A DNA stretch of 64,000 nt from Octopus vulgaris (Eukaryota), in the NCBI GenBank assembly GCA_951406725.2, contig OX597817.1, positions 130,200,001-130,264,000 of the forward strand, in the 5' to 3' direction. The position numbers and the translations under genes are program-made. Below are positions 13,411 to 35,042 of this stretch, one piece after another (within the stretch, counting starts at the first letter, position 1; every line of letters starts with the position of its first letter). The notes under the pieces were generated by a model, which saw only the letters and a program-made list of their open reading frames with translations, ran no database searches and was not told where the DNA came from.

Positions 13411-14256
13411 CAGGGTGTTTCAAAAAATTTGAGATGTAAATATCACAGAAACTACATAGTCAAAGCAAATGAAACTAATCAGGCTTAATGTGGAGCAACA
13501 TAAGATTTATTCATCTATATTTGAATGAGAAATTCAAAGGAATGTGGATTCCATGAACGATTTCACAAATGTTCAATATGCACACCACCAGCATGCTCAA
13601 CTGTGGCATGGGCATTTTCTTCGCTCCAAATGCGAACATCATGCATATTGACTTTGCGATTCGCATGAAGTGTGGCCTCATCCCTGAAAACAAAACGTTC
13701 CTTGAACTCAGCTTCTTCGAGTTTCTCTGGCATATCAACACAGTATTCTTTGCGCTTTCGCTTGTATTCTGCCGCTTGTAGGGTTTCATTAACAAGCGTT
13801 TCTTCAGGACACGCCAAACTGTCGTTGGAGCAATCTGGGTTTCCAGACTTGTTCTTCTTATGGACTTCCTGGGGCTTCGCAAGAGTTTCTGGCGAACCCG
13901 TTCAACCGTCTCTTCCGATGTTAGTGGTCGTTCAGATCCTTTAGCCCTGCACAGACAGCCTTCCTCTTTGAATTTTTTGTGCCATGTCCAAATCTGCATT
14001 GCCGTTAGTGACTTTTTAGAGAACTCTGTCACAAATGCACGCTGCACAGTCTGGTTCGACCGTGTTCGAGCATACTCCAACAAACAAAATGCCTTTTCTC
14101 TTCCAGTAAATGACATTTCTATACCTGAAAAGATAAAAATATGAAACATTAAACATACAATTTTGACCTGTTTCTACACATGTTGGAAGTCATTTGAACA
14201 TGAACTGGCAAAGTTATTAAATTGCGAAATGATATAAAATTTTCTGAAACAACCTG
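13411..14256 (-). mobile_element. internally deleted Tc1/mariner transposon (DUF4817-type HTH transposase)
   Basis: TIRs CAGGGTGTTTCAAAAAATTT / AAATTTTCTGAAACAACCTG with TA flanks; transposase remnants inside. Confidence 0.9.
13560..14116 (-). pseudogene. truncated, frameshifted Tc1/mariner transposase
   Basis: MSFTGREKAFCLLEYARTRSNQTVQRAF..SPRKSIRRTSLE..TVWRVLKKRLLMKPYK, then FVFRDEATLH (first catalytic Asp) in another frame; the rest of the catalytic domain is deleted. Confidence 0.85.
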
Positions 14257-14257
14257 T

Positions 14258-14556
<299 letters not shown>

Positions 14557-14752
14557 TGGCATTCCGTTGTTTACGACGACGAGGGTTCCAGTTGATCCGA
14601 TCAACGGAACAGCCTGCTCCTGAAATAAACGTGCATGTGATGAGCACTCTACAGACACGTGTACCCTTAACGTAGATCTCAGAGAGATTCTGCCTGACAT
14701 GGAGTGTAACAAGGCTGGCCTTTTGAAATACAGGCACTACTCATTTTTGCCA
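14557..14752. repeat. dispersed SINE-like repeat fragment
   Basis: GGTTCCAGTTGATCCGATCAACGGAACAGCCTGCTC..AACGTGCA..CAGACAC; degraded relatives at about 38950-39025 and 58790-58880. Confidence 0.5.
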
Positions 14753-14869
14753 CTTTAAACAAACACAAAACACTAGCATAAATAAACCTAACACCAAATA
14801 TGGAAACCACACTGTTCTTTGGTACAACTCGAGTCATGCCTCTAATGTAACTTCCAAGATCACCAGACA

Positions 14870-15680
14870 ATTTTTCACAGCCCTTGATAGATGCTTCCCG
14901 AAATCTCATAAACATCATTCAATATTTAACAGACATAATGTAAAGGAGTCATATGTAACCTCTTCTAATTTGTGGTAGCATATGCACAGAATAAATAAAT
15001 GTAAAACTTTAAAAGGCCTTGAAAAACACCATCACTGAATGCTCAGATAATTAATTTACATTCAATCCTCGCATGACTGACAGCCAACAACAGTTAATCA
15101 CAGAAAATGATAGCCCTGAAACATCCAGAACTAAATATATACCTATAACAATGAACCTACAGAACCTGCACACCAACGGCATGATGAATCCACAGCCAAT
15201 TATATCTGGAATGACAGGACAACCACTACACAACCCCCGGTCACTAACAACGGCGGCCACAAATAGGTGCTCCTGTAGGGATAAATTTAATTGGCCATTG
15301 GATAACCTTTGCATGATTTGTAACATCGTCTATAAATGCACTGTGCACACGAAGAGAAGCCCCTATGTGCATGATGGTGCCATGGCTGATTCTTTCAAGA
15401 ATCGATATAAAAATCATGTTTCTAGTTTTTAAAAAAATGAACAAGAGACACGCGAAATCACTGGCGGATTTCCTGTGGCAACTGAAAACTGACAGGATTA
15501 AATATGAGATTTCACGGTCAATTATAAGATATGCAAAACTCTACAACACACAATCTAGGACCTGAGGATTGTGGCTTGAAGACCTGAGGATTGGGCTTTG
15601 AAGCAATCTTGCTTACTAGGGAAAAGGTCGTTAATTAATTAACTGAACTGATAACACGTTGTTTACATGCCATGAAAGCC
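14870..15680 (+). mobile_element. decayed Penelope-like element 3' part (RT thumb/linker plus GIY-YIG)
   Basis: FPKSHKHHSIFNRHNVKESY..CSCRDKFNWPLDNLCMICNIVYKCTV..SFKNRYKNHVSSF..SLADFLWQLK..YEISRSII match the Penelope GIY-YIG consensus; stops and frameshifts present. Confidence 0.85.
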
Positions 15681-15987
15681 ATACATTGCTATCATTCCAT
15701 ACATTGCTTTGTGCCCATCGACAAGTGTATGTGCTTTTGCTCATGTGCTGTTTATTGTTCTGTGTCGGCATGTGAGTAGTCTTGCGAGCGTGTACAATCT
15801 GTGTGTGCATGTATGTGCAGAGTAGACGTGTTTCTGTATACTGCTATAATCCACATTGAACAGTGAACACTATGCTATCATTTCATACATTGCTATGTGC
15901 CTATCGACAGGTGTGTGGGCTTTTGCCTATATGCTCTTTATTGTTCCTTGCCTGCATGTGTGTCTGAGTAGTCTTGTGAATGTGTGC

Positions 15988-16051
<64 letters not shown>

Positions 16052-16527
16052 TGAGTGGACGTATCTGGTGTGTACTGATGTGTACATGTGTATATCTGAG
16101 TATGAACGTACGTGTGTATAATCATGTGAGTGTCAGTGTACTTGCCTGCAGACATGTGAGACTGTGGGTGTCAATATACGTTTGGATTTGTATGTTCAGT
16201 GGTGTGGGTGTGTGAGTGTGTTGGAATGTAATATCGTATTTATTGTCTGTGAAAATTATAGAATATAAAACAACTTATACTTACTTTTCTGACGAAAACA
16301 ATGCTGTTCTGAACATTTTGGCCGCAACTGTACAAGAATATGCATGTATACATATATACATATACATATATATACACATATATATATGCATATATGTATA
16401 TATGTATATGTATATATGTATATATGCATATTCTTGTATATGTGTACCTTGTTTAATATTCATAATTGCATTTTATATCTTCATTTTATATCCTTATTAT
16501 TGTACTTTATAATCTCTGACGAGGCCT

Positions 16528-16562
<35 letters not shown>

Positions 16563-16740
16563 TATATATATATATGGGTGTGTGTGATTGTGTATAGAAG
16601 AATATATTAATAAAAAGAATTCCAACCTTGTCTGATTTTCACGTTTTATTTACAATCTTATAATGATATATTATAAGATAATATATTATAATTGAATAAA
16701 ATAAAATGAAATAGTAGAATGTTAAATATTCATTCTGATT

Positions 16741-16783
16741 GAACTAGTACTTTCATGCATTGAATTCTGCAATCTTCGGGTTC
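16741..16783 (-). ncRNA. minimal hammerhead ribozyme in Penelope 3' pLTR, core U4>C
   Basis: Minus: GAAC-CCGAAGA-T-TGCA gaattcaa TGCA-T-GAAA-GTAC-TA-GTTC; palindromic GTAC loop III; same strand as the Penelope ORF. Confidence 0.7.
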
Positions 16784-17278
16784 ATGTAGTAGTGTTGACA
16801 GTCATGCTTCACAATTTTTGACTGTAGCAAGATGAGTGATTCTGTGCTATAAATACAGCTGGGTAGGCTCCAGAGTGCTAGGTTTTGCAAACTGTATTCT
16901 GACCAATCAGTGTGTAGTATCACTCAATTACTTAAGCTGATTGGTTGGTTGAGCTGATTGGTTTAGGCATCACGCTTTGTTGGACAGGTCAAGAGTCCTG
17001 TATCTTGACCCTGGCCGAAGCAGCAATTGTTGGGTTATTTTTAGAAATGTTGTAAATATCCTTTGTCAGAGATTTTTATATTTTTATATTTCAATTGTCA
17101 TCATCATCATTGTCAGCACCTTAATTATTGTTGCTAGTGGTGATGGTGGTGGCAATAGAACTTTTAACCCTAAATAAGATAATTTTCCTGCTATCTTCGT
17201 CTTGATCACCTTTAGTATTGTTGTTGTTGTTAGTGGTCATGGTCGTAGCAGTGGAAGTAATACCTCTAAGTATTATTA

Positions 17279-18277
<999 letters not shown>

Positions 18278-18556
18278 TAACTCATTTTTAACTGCATATT
18301 ACCTCAATACATCTGACTAATATGGGCATAATGAGATACTCTTATCTACAGGCTGAAACAGCTGTCAGATCCATTTTATATGTATTATTCTTATGGTATT
18401 ATCTTACTTATTGATGTATATTGTTTTATTCTGTCTTATTCTGTTGGATTTGGATGTTCCTATTTAATCTATATAATTAGTCAATAAATTATATGAATTG
18501 GTATTATCTGGAAGTTGATGATTGAAAGAAATCTATTCCTCCATTTTCTTATTTTG

Positions 18557-18617
<61 letters not shown>

Positions 18618-18687
18618 CAGTGTATGAGTTCAACGATTTTCTTATAAGCTGACAAGGTGAGTTGAGTTCAACCATAGGCGCAGTAAG

Positions 18688-18747
18688 AACCACCGATGAG
18701 TATTAAGATGCACTGCATCAAAATTCGAAATCACCGGTTATCTGGCT
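18688..18747 (+). ncRNA. type I hammerhead motif, core U4>C, in a repeat shared with 62895-63130
   Basis: AACCA-CCGATGA-G..GATGCA c TGCATC..C-GAAA-TCA ccgg TTA-TC-TGGCT. Confidence 0.55.
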
Positions 18748-19630
18748 GTCCGCTAGGGAACTTATCTCCCCTTGCCAGTGATTAAGATGGTGCTTCTGTG
18801 GCGATTGATTTGTTTTGACTCTTATTTCTAGCAATGCTGGTACTACTTAGTATATTCTGTCATGTTAGTGACGTCTATAAATTCGCCTTTAGGTTGTATA
18901 ATTGCTAATAAGCCACCCGTATTATATATATATATGTGTGAGTGTGTGGTGTGTATGTGTGTGTGTATGTGTGTGCGTTGCATATATGTAAAATAAAAGA
19001 AAATAGACGGACATATGTCTCGTTAACAAGTCTTCTTCTAAAGCGCCTAATTCCTATTCTTTGTTCTTGGCAAATCATTAAAAATTAATACCCTCTCCCA
19101 AAGTTTTATCCTGTCCGCCATTTTCATATAATAAACTCATTATCAAGAATTTACATAGATCTTATCTATAACAGAAGAATTATAATAATGGTCTCTCTAA
19201 AGAAGATTTGCTTCTTTTATAATGCAGCGTATAATTTAGATGAGATCTTTATGGTCAACGTATCCTATTGACTTATTGTGTCTCAGGCGTCTGAGATATG
19301 CAAACCGAATCGCCCTGGCAGCTGAGCTGACATCGACTACTCCAAGTTGTTTGTCAACTGCGATCGGCGATTCCAAATTTTATGAAGATTCTTTCGGCTA
19401 TTTTCACTCTATTTTTTTAATATTTTTTACTATATAAATATTCACTGAGTTGTAGCAAATGAGGGATATCTGTGACTTGTTGTTGTAGTCATCGTCGTCA
19501 TCATCGTCGTTGTTGTTAAGCCTGTCAGCTTTGATCGAGTCGACCTATGATCTAATGTTATCCAGTGATGACCATCCAGCTTTTTTAAATGTACTTTATA
19601 TCAAAATATATCATCCTGTAGTCGCTCTTC

Positions 19631-19990
19631 TTACCGCCGCCTTAGCGAAGGCGGTGGTATTGTTTCCAGTCGTGTTTGTTTGTTTGTGTGGACTAGATAT
19701 CTCAAGAATCGCTGGATGGATTCGGATAAAACTTTTAGAGATGCTTGGCCTCGTGAGTGGCACGAACTGATTAGATTTTGGGATCGATCCGGTATCGGAC
19801 AAGTATTCTGGATTATTTTTCCGTTTTTTTTTTTTTTTCAGTGCAATCGGGTTCACTTTTAGCATTTTTGTTTGTGAGAGCAGTCAAATTTATTTCAGAT
19901 ATTCCCATTTTAATAATCATCTCCGGCTAATCATTGAGAGGACGTTGGTGTTGCCTTGGCAGAGGTTTGCGCTCTCTGAATGCTCTTGTT
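19631..19990 (+). mobile_element. Helentron-associated (HINE/DINE-1-like) non-autonomous element
   Basis: 5' TTACCGCCGCCTTAGCGAAGGCGG hairpin, (GTTT)n tract, 3' subterminal inverted copy TTGGCAGAGGT and end GCGCTCTCTGAATGCTCTTGTT. Confidence 0.7.
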
Positions 19991-20546
19991 TACATACATA
20001 TATTTATTTGTTTGTTTGTTTATTTATCTATGGTAATACGATAGGGTGTCGTTTGAAAGATGGATTTGGCTACTATATCTAGCCAGACCAAGTGACCATG
20101 TAAAGCAGTGTTTCCAATCTTGTTTTGGCTGTGGAACTCTTAAACATTTCCCACCAAATTGCGCAGTTAATATCTGTGTAATAGTGGCAACCTTCTAGGC
20201 ACCAATTTTAAAAGTATACTAAATAAAACAAAAATTGTTTTAGAGAGAACGTGGCGGAGGGTTAAAGTGGTAACAAAAACGTTTTTGATACCACTTTAAC
20301 CCTCCGCAAAAAAGCCCAAATTTTATTTAATTTGCTTTGCAGGAAGGATTGTTTTAACGAAGTCGCGTCTTGTCCCTACTTTCGAAATGCGGAGTAGATA
20401 AAACAGGAGATAACTGATGAAGGAAATGTTCTTTATGTTGCCTGTCTCGTTTCTCCATGTGTTTCTTTCGTTGTTAAAAAAAATGTTCGTTTTCTATGTT
20501 TTTTTATGTTCTCGTTTCTCTTTTTGATTCCTGTACCAAAATATGC

Positions 20547-20634
<88 letters not shown>

Positions 20635-20727
20635 ATATCTATGTATATATGCATATATTTATATATTATCTATACTATATTATATTATATTATATTATAT
20701 TACATTATATTATATTATATATATATA

Positions 20728-20841
20728 TAGTAATCCCTCGACTATTGCGAGTGTTACTTTCCAAAAGACCCCGCGATAAGTAAAAGTCTGCAATGTACTG
20801 AAAGCGCGATAGGTGAACCGCGATATAGCGAGTGATTACTG
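20728..20841. mobile_element. Tigger-like MITE, shorter copy in opposite orientation
   Basis: AGTAATCCCTCG...CGAGTGATTACTG-TA; matches 7822-8031. Confidence 0.75.
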
Positions 20842-20847
20842 TATGTA

Positions 20848-20921
<74 letters not shown>

Positions 20922-22253
20922 TGTGTGTATATGTAGCTTATTTTGGAAATGGTGAATAACATTTCCTATAAAATTAATTTTTATTGAATTAAAAGACATT
21001 CTTTCACGAAGTCCGAGAGTTATTTTGTAAGCTCGCACATCAACTCATCTAGCTCCCTGTTATGTGTACTAATGGGGAATTTTTAACGTATCTCATTCAG
21101 TAAGTGCAGCGGGAAGCTGTTAAGATTCATGTAACTGTAACCGCTAGACTGCAACTAGACGGGTGCAAATAACAAATGGGTAAGTGAATTTATTGAATAC
21201 ATTAGTTCTTTTCACGCGTGAGATTACGTGATAGACAGTTTTAATTTCTGTCATTTTATATGTGAGTAGTTCTTAGAATTTTTATTAATGACTTCTGTTT
21301 AGAAGAAGACGCTGCTCCTTTAGCCTTTCCCGCTCCTCCCAGGCGCCTGAATTCGATGAGGCTGATATTTATCTTGAACAGCTGCAACTATGGACAGGGC
21401 TAGAGAGGGGACTATCAGTCGGCTGACGTCCTGGGAAAAGGAAATTATTAGGTATAGTGCAAAGCCTGAAAGGAGTAGCTATAATATGGGGTAGAAGAGG
21501 AAGAGATACATGGGAATTTGACTGGTCTGGTGGAGGAACAATAAGTCGGACTTGTTTCATCCCCTATTCTACCCTCATCAGTGAAGCATAGCCACTCGAT
21601 ATCTGCTGAAGTAATGCTGAAAATAAATTACGAAGCAACTGTATAATAGTGTGAATTTATTGACGGGAAAAAACTAGAATTGCTTTAAGATTAAAAGCTT
21701 TATTACTTATTCACCAATAATGTTTTGTTTTGCTTCTTTTACCCGCCGACATATATATTTTTATTTAGGTTTTTCATCTCCCACGTTGTTTGGTTTTCCC
21801 GCCGCTAAGTATATTGCTATTTAGGTCTTTAATCTTCCACGTAAACAGAAACTTGACTCAGTCTGTCTCAGCACATTTATCTCAATTTAAGGTTTTGATG
21901 CTCTTCTTATGAAATGTGTTAAACGTAATTGACTATGTATCTGTCTGGTTAGCTTTCCATCTAACAGCATATTTATTACTAGTTAGTTAACTAATTTAAC
22001 TACCAGTCTATATCTCCGTCTCAACATTTATTTATTACTGGCGAGATTTTAAAGATGTTCACAGTAACTGAACGAGCTATCTGTTTCCACATATATTTAT
22101 CACTTGTTAGCTTCTTAATGAATGGCCCTTTCAACAAATACGTTAACACTAAATTAGCTATTTATTTATCCTAACAGTCTGTTTATCTTTCTATCTTTCC
22201 ATATAGTCACCACAAGTTAACTTTTATCACTTCTACATTAAACACTGGCATTA

Positions 22254-22315
<62 letters not shown>

Positions 22316-22550
22316 ATGTCTGTCTGTCTCCCTGTCCCTCTGTCTGTCCCCCCTCCCCTCTATCTGTCTCTCTGTTTGTCTGTCTGCCTGACAATCTGTC
22401 TGTCTATTTATCTGCCTGTGTCTCTCTCCACATAGTTTATTTCCAATTAGATTTTTAATGTTCCGTGTAATAGATATATTAATACTAACTATAGTAACTA
22501 TTTATATATTCTCGGTCAGTCAGTCTGCCTGTCTGTTTGTCTATCACTCC

Positions 22551-22642
<92 letters not shown>
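22254..22642. repeat. two (TATC)n tracts with (TGTC)n degenerate spacer
   Basis: Directly visible. Confidence 0.9.
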
Positions 22643-22643
<1 letters not shown>

Positions 22644-23018
22644 ATCTCGCTGTATATTTATTTCTACTTCTGTTTTTTTATTGCCCCTTAAATATGTTAA
22701 CAGTAACTCACCTACTTAAATTGTACTCCGATATTAGCTACATATGTGACGCTATAAACACTGTTGCCTAAAAATCTGTTTTTATTTTTCTTATGGGAAT
22801 CTCTCTGTGGAATATTAGTCAGTTGGATCATATTATGCAAGTTACTTGGAAGAGTTGTGTTATGACGGGAACAAAGATTCGTTGAGACATATGGTTGTCA
22901 TTATAATTCTACATATATTAAACATAGATTGCAACCGAAATATATTAGCACAGACACATACATATACATACACACAAAGACATACGTACAAAAGTACGAG
23001 CATACACACATAAATGTA

Positions 23019-23911
23019 CTAGGTCTGATCAATAAGTATCCGGACTGTTGCCATAGTAACGAAGCTAAAGCATGCAGAGTCAAGCCGCTTAGCAAAGATT
23101 GACCTTGAACTCTTTTGTGCATGTGTACTAAGTTTTATCCTTCTAGCTCACTTTTTACAGCAGTACTTACTTACCACGATATACAGCAGTGCTTGGAAGG
23201 AAGGTGTGTAGCGTGTGATCGTCGCATTGACCATGACAGAGAAAGTTGTCATGGCAATCCCTGCTCAGAGGCTCACGGCAAAATTGCAGAGAGTGTATGG
23301 AGAAAAGTGTGTGGGTCGCACACAAGTGTACGATTGGTTCAGACATTCCCAAGATGGCCCCCAAAATTTCGATATTAACGAACGTTCTGAGATACCCGCA
23401 ACCAGTAGGACTTAGAAAAACACCGCAGATATGCGGGCAACTGTGAGGGGAAGCTATCGACAAACCATCGGTGAGTTATTGAGTAATCAGAGGATGTGCA
23501 AATTAGTTATGGTTCGGTTCAGTCCATTATCACTGAAGGTTTTGGTATGAGCCGCGTATCTGCCAAGTTTGTGCCAAAATTGCTTTCAGCTGACCAAAAA
23601 GACACTCGGGATTCAGTTGCCCAAGATCTCCTTGATTGTATCGAGAACGATGAATACTTATTGAAAATTTTTCGTGGTCTCTGAGCAGGTATCGCCAAGC
23701 TTTTGGCAAAATTTGCTGCAGATGATCTGCTCAACTTTCTCTGTTATGGTTAATGCGATGATCACACGCTACACATCTTCCTTCCAAGCACTGTACACAG
23801 CGGAAGTGAGGTAGAACGTTAAACTTAGTACGCATACAAAGCAGAGTTCGCTGTGAATGCTTTATCTTTGTTACTATAGCAACAGTCTGGATACTTATTG
23901 ATCAGACCACG
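23019..23911 (+). mobile_element. non-autonomous mariner derivative with long (about 250 bp) inverted ends
   Basis: TIR GGTCTGATCAATAAGTATCCGGACTGTTGC at both ends with TA flanks; mariner HTH remnants LQRVYGEKCVGRTQVYDWF and ISYGSVQSII..MSRVSAKFVPKLLSADQK. Confidence 0.9.
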
Positions 23912-24375
23912 TATGTGTGTGTGTAAACACACACATACATGCCATATATACCTTTATGCATACATACATACTGACATACATACATACATGCATACATACA
24001 TACATACATGCATACATACATACATACATACATACATACATACATACATACATACATACATACATACATGCATACATGCATATATATATAAAAGATCGAC
24101 AAATGCAGACATAGAAATGTATATCTACAAATACATGCACATATACACATATAACTACATACTTGCATATATGCTTGCATATATTGCACGTATATACATA
24201 ACATAAACACAAATACATAATAACCTACGTATAAATATTTAACATATAAATACTTACACAAATATATATGCGCATATATGTATGCTTATATATGTATATG
24301 TGTGTGGCTGGGTGTGTCTGTCTATGTGTATGCGTGTGTGTATTTATGTATGCATGAACGCTTGTATGAATAGAT

Positions 24376-24465
<90 letters not shown>

Positions 24466-25237
24466 CGATAGAATGCATATATGCATATGCAAACATACTT
24501 TTATACATACGTATATACATAGAAATAAAAAATATGCACGCTTATACACATATAAACATACACACACATGCACATACATACACATACACACATATATACG
24601 TGTATGCATATATATATTATATATATATATACATAAAAACATTCATACATATATGTATATATATATATATGTATATATACACACATGTATATGTACACAT
24701 TCATGGGCAAACGCATATGACATACATACATAAATACATACAGACATTATACACACATACATAAATACATGCATGCACACATACACATGTACATGAATTC
24801 ATACACTTACTTACAGGCAGGCATACACATATACACACATACATGCATACATATACGCATAATGCTCCATACGTACATACATACTACATACATACTACAT
24901 ATATACATACATACTACATATATACATACATACTTCAACTAGCACCCCAGATAAAGTTCCTAAAACCACCCTGCTCTAAACAACAAGCCAACCCCTACAG
25001 CCGTTGTTAATAAGATTGATGTCTAAGTAGAGATGTGGTTTCACAGATAACTCCACTTCTATTTCTTGATAAGCTGTGAAGATCTAAAAATGTACTACAA
25101 AAATCTAAAAGGCTTTATTGGTATCTAAAGCTATTAAGTAGCTCTTTGTTATAGGGCTGAAGGATGAAAGAGTACTTGCTACTGTATAGCGTCGCGGAGA
25201 CTGTATAGGAGTAATTTACAATGAGACACACACATAA

Positions 25238-25274
<37 letters not shown>

Positions 25275-25385
25275 TGCACACACACATATGCATATACGAA
25301 AGTATATATGTGTGGGTATATATATATATATATATATGTATACACGATTATACCCACATACATATATATATGCGTGAGTGCATAT

Positions 25386-31856
<6,471 letters not shown>

Positions 31857-32663
31857 TGTGTGTGTATGTTTGATACATGCATCATACGCACATGCACATA
31901 CATAAATACATACATACATATATAAATACACACACATATATTTACGAAGATACATATATACATGATACATGCATATACATATACGCATAAATATACATCC
32001 TTAAACATATATCTATAATGACTTTTCAGTATAGCGACATGTTAAGGAACCGGCTTAACTGACGAAAGTGAAAATGAAATGTGATTAATAAGACAATTTG
32101 AAAAAAATCTCTAGGGAAGGCGAGTCGTGTTTAAAAGTGTAATAAAAAGATAATTTGCCTTGCATTTACTGACTGGGATCGCATTGTATGACACATTGCA
32201 AGATCATTGTCAAAACAGAACAGTTATTCGACAGAGAGGAAAGAAAGGGTCCGCCTATATGTATCAATGGGTATTTCTAATGAAGAAATTAACTTGTCAT
32301 TTCGTAGCTCTTTTGTTGTGTGGCTAACACGATATATAAACTTTGTATAATGATATAATAGAATAGGATTAGACTGTGTGGGTCAGTGTGTGTATGTGTG
32401 CAATATATATGTATTTATATATGTATATATGTGTGTGTGTGTGTATGCATGTATGTACACATGTGTAAACATATGTATATATGTATATATATAAATGTGT
32501 GTGTATTTGTATATATACGTTTGTGTATGTATGTACATAACTATATGTGTGTATGTGCATGTATCTATATATGTATATATAAATATGCCTGTACATGTGC
32601 GTATGATACATCAAACAAAACGCACACAAGCACACAGCACATAGGCTTATACACAATACTAAG

Positions 32664-32703
<40 letters not shown>

Positions 32704-33364
32704 CAACACAATTGACACATGCAGAAGTAAGCTATTTATATTAGGTAGGGGGAGAAAGGCCTATTATCTTCTCATTAAAGTACTATCAGTATCTACATTG
32801 AAAGAGCCAGTAGAAGAGAAATTCGAAATGTTTGCATAGCTGTCGGTTTAACCAAGTCAATTGGTTAAATACTGTCGTTATATCACTGCTCGAGTGACAC
32901 CCTTAAATTTGAGGGTTAATATCTGCTGCTCTTATCAGAGAAAGCGCGGACGTTAAAGTGCGTGAGACAATCAGCGGAGTTGTAATCAAAGATATTTATA
33001 GTGTCACGGTTACATGAAAGTTGGACTATTTACTTGCTTGTCAGCGTAAGAATACAGAGTTCATTTTGTAAATGCATGCGAGCTCGGGAGTGTGGTAGAA
33101 GAGAAAGAATACAAAAAGGTGGAAATAGAGAAAAAAAGATAGGATAAGAAAGAGAGAGAGAGAGAGAAAAGAGAGAGAGAGAGAAGACGAGAGAGATACA
33201 ATTCTGATTGAGAGGGTGAAAGCAGTTAGAATTAACTTTCGTACTGTTAACTTCAAAGGCACAGGATAAGGAACATCCAACAAGATTTGTGTACGTACAC
33301 ACATAAACTCACACACACATACACACACACGCGCACCACTCACATGAGTATGTGTGTATTATGT

Positions 33365-33938
33365 ATATATGCATGTTCTATTACTAGATTTCTTGTAAAT
33401 GGACAAAGAACCAGTTTCTAACCTAGATCATCGGCACCTTCATTGCATTTCAAAAACATCAACACCGTAATTATGCGTGTAGAGTGTATATGTGCAAGTA
33501 TTTGGAGACAGCGCACGTGCAGTTCTGTATGTTTTGCTTTACGTATGTAAGTATGCTCATACATATAGCTGTCCGTCTTGACATGTGCCTGTGTACTAAA
33601 CTTTTGGAAAGTTTTTACGTATTCTGATAGATTCATTAATGGCTTGTATTAATATTTTCTTTCCCCGTTTTGAGAAACCTAATTCCTCAAAACTGGTGCT
33701 GAGGCAGTTTGTTACATAGCCTAGTGTCCCAATAATTACGTGTATAAATCTGAACTCATAATCCGGGTGGAGTAGCTGTAAATTTCTCACTAGTTCAGCG
33801 TAGGTGTATTCTTTTCCGCTGATCTTTAGCTTCGTGTTAACATCCGCTGAGCCACGGATTTCCTTTGCTGTACATAGTTTCTATTCTCTGTCCTAAATCA
33901 CTCTGTCTGGTCTGCTATGCTTACATTTTATTGAGCTG
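33365..33938 (-). mobile_element. RLE retrotransposon 3' fragment containing the PD-(D/E)xK endonuclease motif
   Basis: Minus: KHSRPDRVI*DRE*KLCTAKEIRGSADVNTKLKISGKEYTYAELVRNLQLLHPDYEFRFIHVIIGTLGYVT; shared 3' UTR. Confidence 0.8.
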
Positions 33939-34189
33939 TATGTGTATGAGTGTGTGTGTGTGTGAAGTCCTTTATCTAAAAATGCAATTATGAAAGCATA
34001 TTAATCATAAGTAACTTCAACCTTCCTTATGCAGATTTTCCCGCAAACGTTTGGAGCAAGTCAATTACATTTTATATTTCAACCCTGTAGAGTTGCTGTT
34101 TAAACTTTAATTGGGTATCTTTTACTTCCTCTCACAATTCGTACTTGAGCCAACGCGATACAACAAAAGCGTTTTAGGCCCAGTAGTGT

Positions 34190-34420
34190 GTATGATAGCA
34201 GTCTATCGTAGTCCGAGAAAGACGGTGCTGCAAGTTTCACAAATAATTTGCATGTAGTGATCAGATGTTTGAGCTGAACAGGTGCACGGTGTACCATGTG
34301 TCAGGTGTCCGCAGATCAACGTAGAGGAGGTGTTGTGCTCAAGAACACAATGCACTTCTGGTCCATTAATTGAAATCACGATCTCGCAATCGTGAATGCA
34401 ATACCCTAACCACTAGGCCA
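34190..34420 (-). mobile_element. decayed tRNA-derived SINE
   Basis: Minus-strand head TGGCCTAGTGGTTAGGGTATTG..ATCGTGATTTCAATT (A and B boxes). Confidence 0.55.
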
Positions 34421-34454
34421 TATTCTCTCACGATATAGATAGAGAGATATTATA

Positions 34455-34840
34455 GGTTCAGGCGTGACTGAGTGGTAAGAAGGTTTCTTCCCAATCACAT
34501 GGTTCCGGGTTCAGTCTCACTGCTTGGAATCTCGGGAAAGTGTTTCCTACTTTAGCCTTGAACCGACCAAGTAGAAAGAAACTGAAAGAAGCCCGTCGTA
34601 CATATACATATGTATATGTGTGTGTGTGAGTGTGTGTGTCTGTGTTTTCCCCCCATCACCGATTGACAACCGATGTTGGTGTGCTTACGTCCCCATAAAT
34701 GAACGATTCGGCAAAAGATAGAATAAGTACTAGGCTTAAGAAAATTAGTCCTATTGATCAGTTTGTTCTACTAAAGGCTCTACAAGGCGGTGCCTCCGCA
34801 TGACCGCAATCAAATGACAGGAACAAGTAAGAGAATAAAA

Positions 34841-34842
<2 letters not shown>
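34455..34842 (+). mobile_element. tRNA-derived SINE (family C) with internal (TG)n and CR1-like 3' end
   Basis: A box TGACTGAGTGGTAAGA and B box GGGTTCAGTCTC; 3' GGCGGTGCCTCCGCATGACCGCA; partial copies at 35650-35840 and 56560-56873. Confidence 0.8.
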
Positions 34843-34896
<54 letters not shown>

Positions 34897-34955
34897 AGAC
34901 AGATAGATACACAGTAAAAGGTGAAAGATTTCGGTGAAAGACTCGGAGTGAGAAA

Positions 34956-34989
<34 letters not shown>

Positions 34990-34995
34990 TGTGCG

Positions 34996-35042
<47 letters not shown>

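Noticed and set aside
21545-21586. Minus-strand CTGATGA..GAAACAAGTC
   Set aside because: Stem II does not pair and helix I is mismatched.
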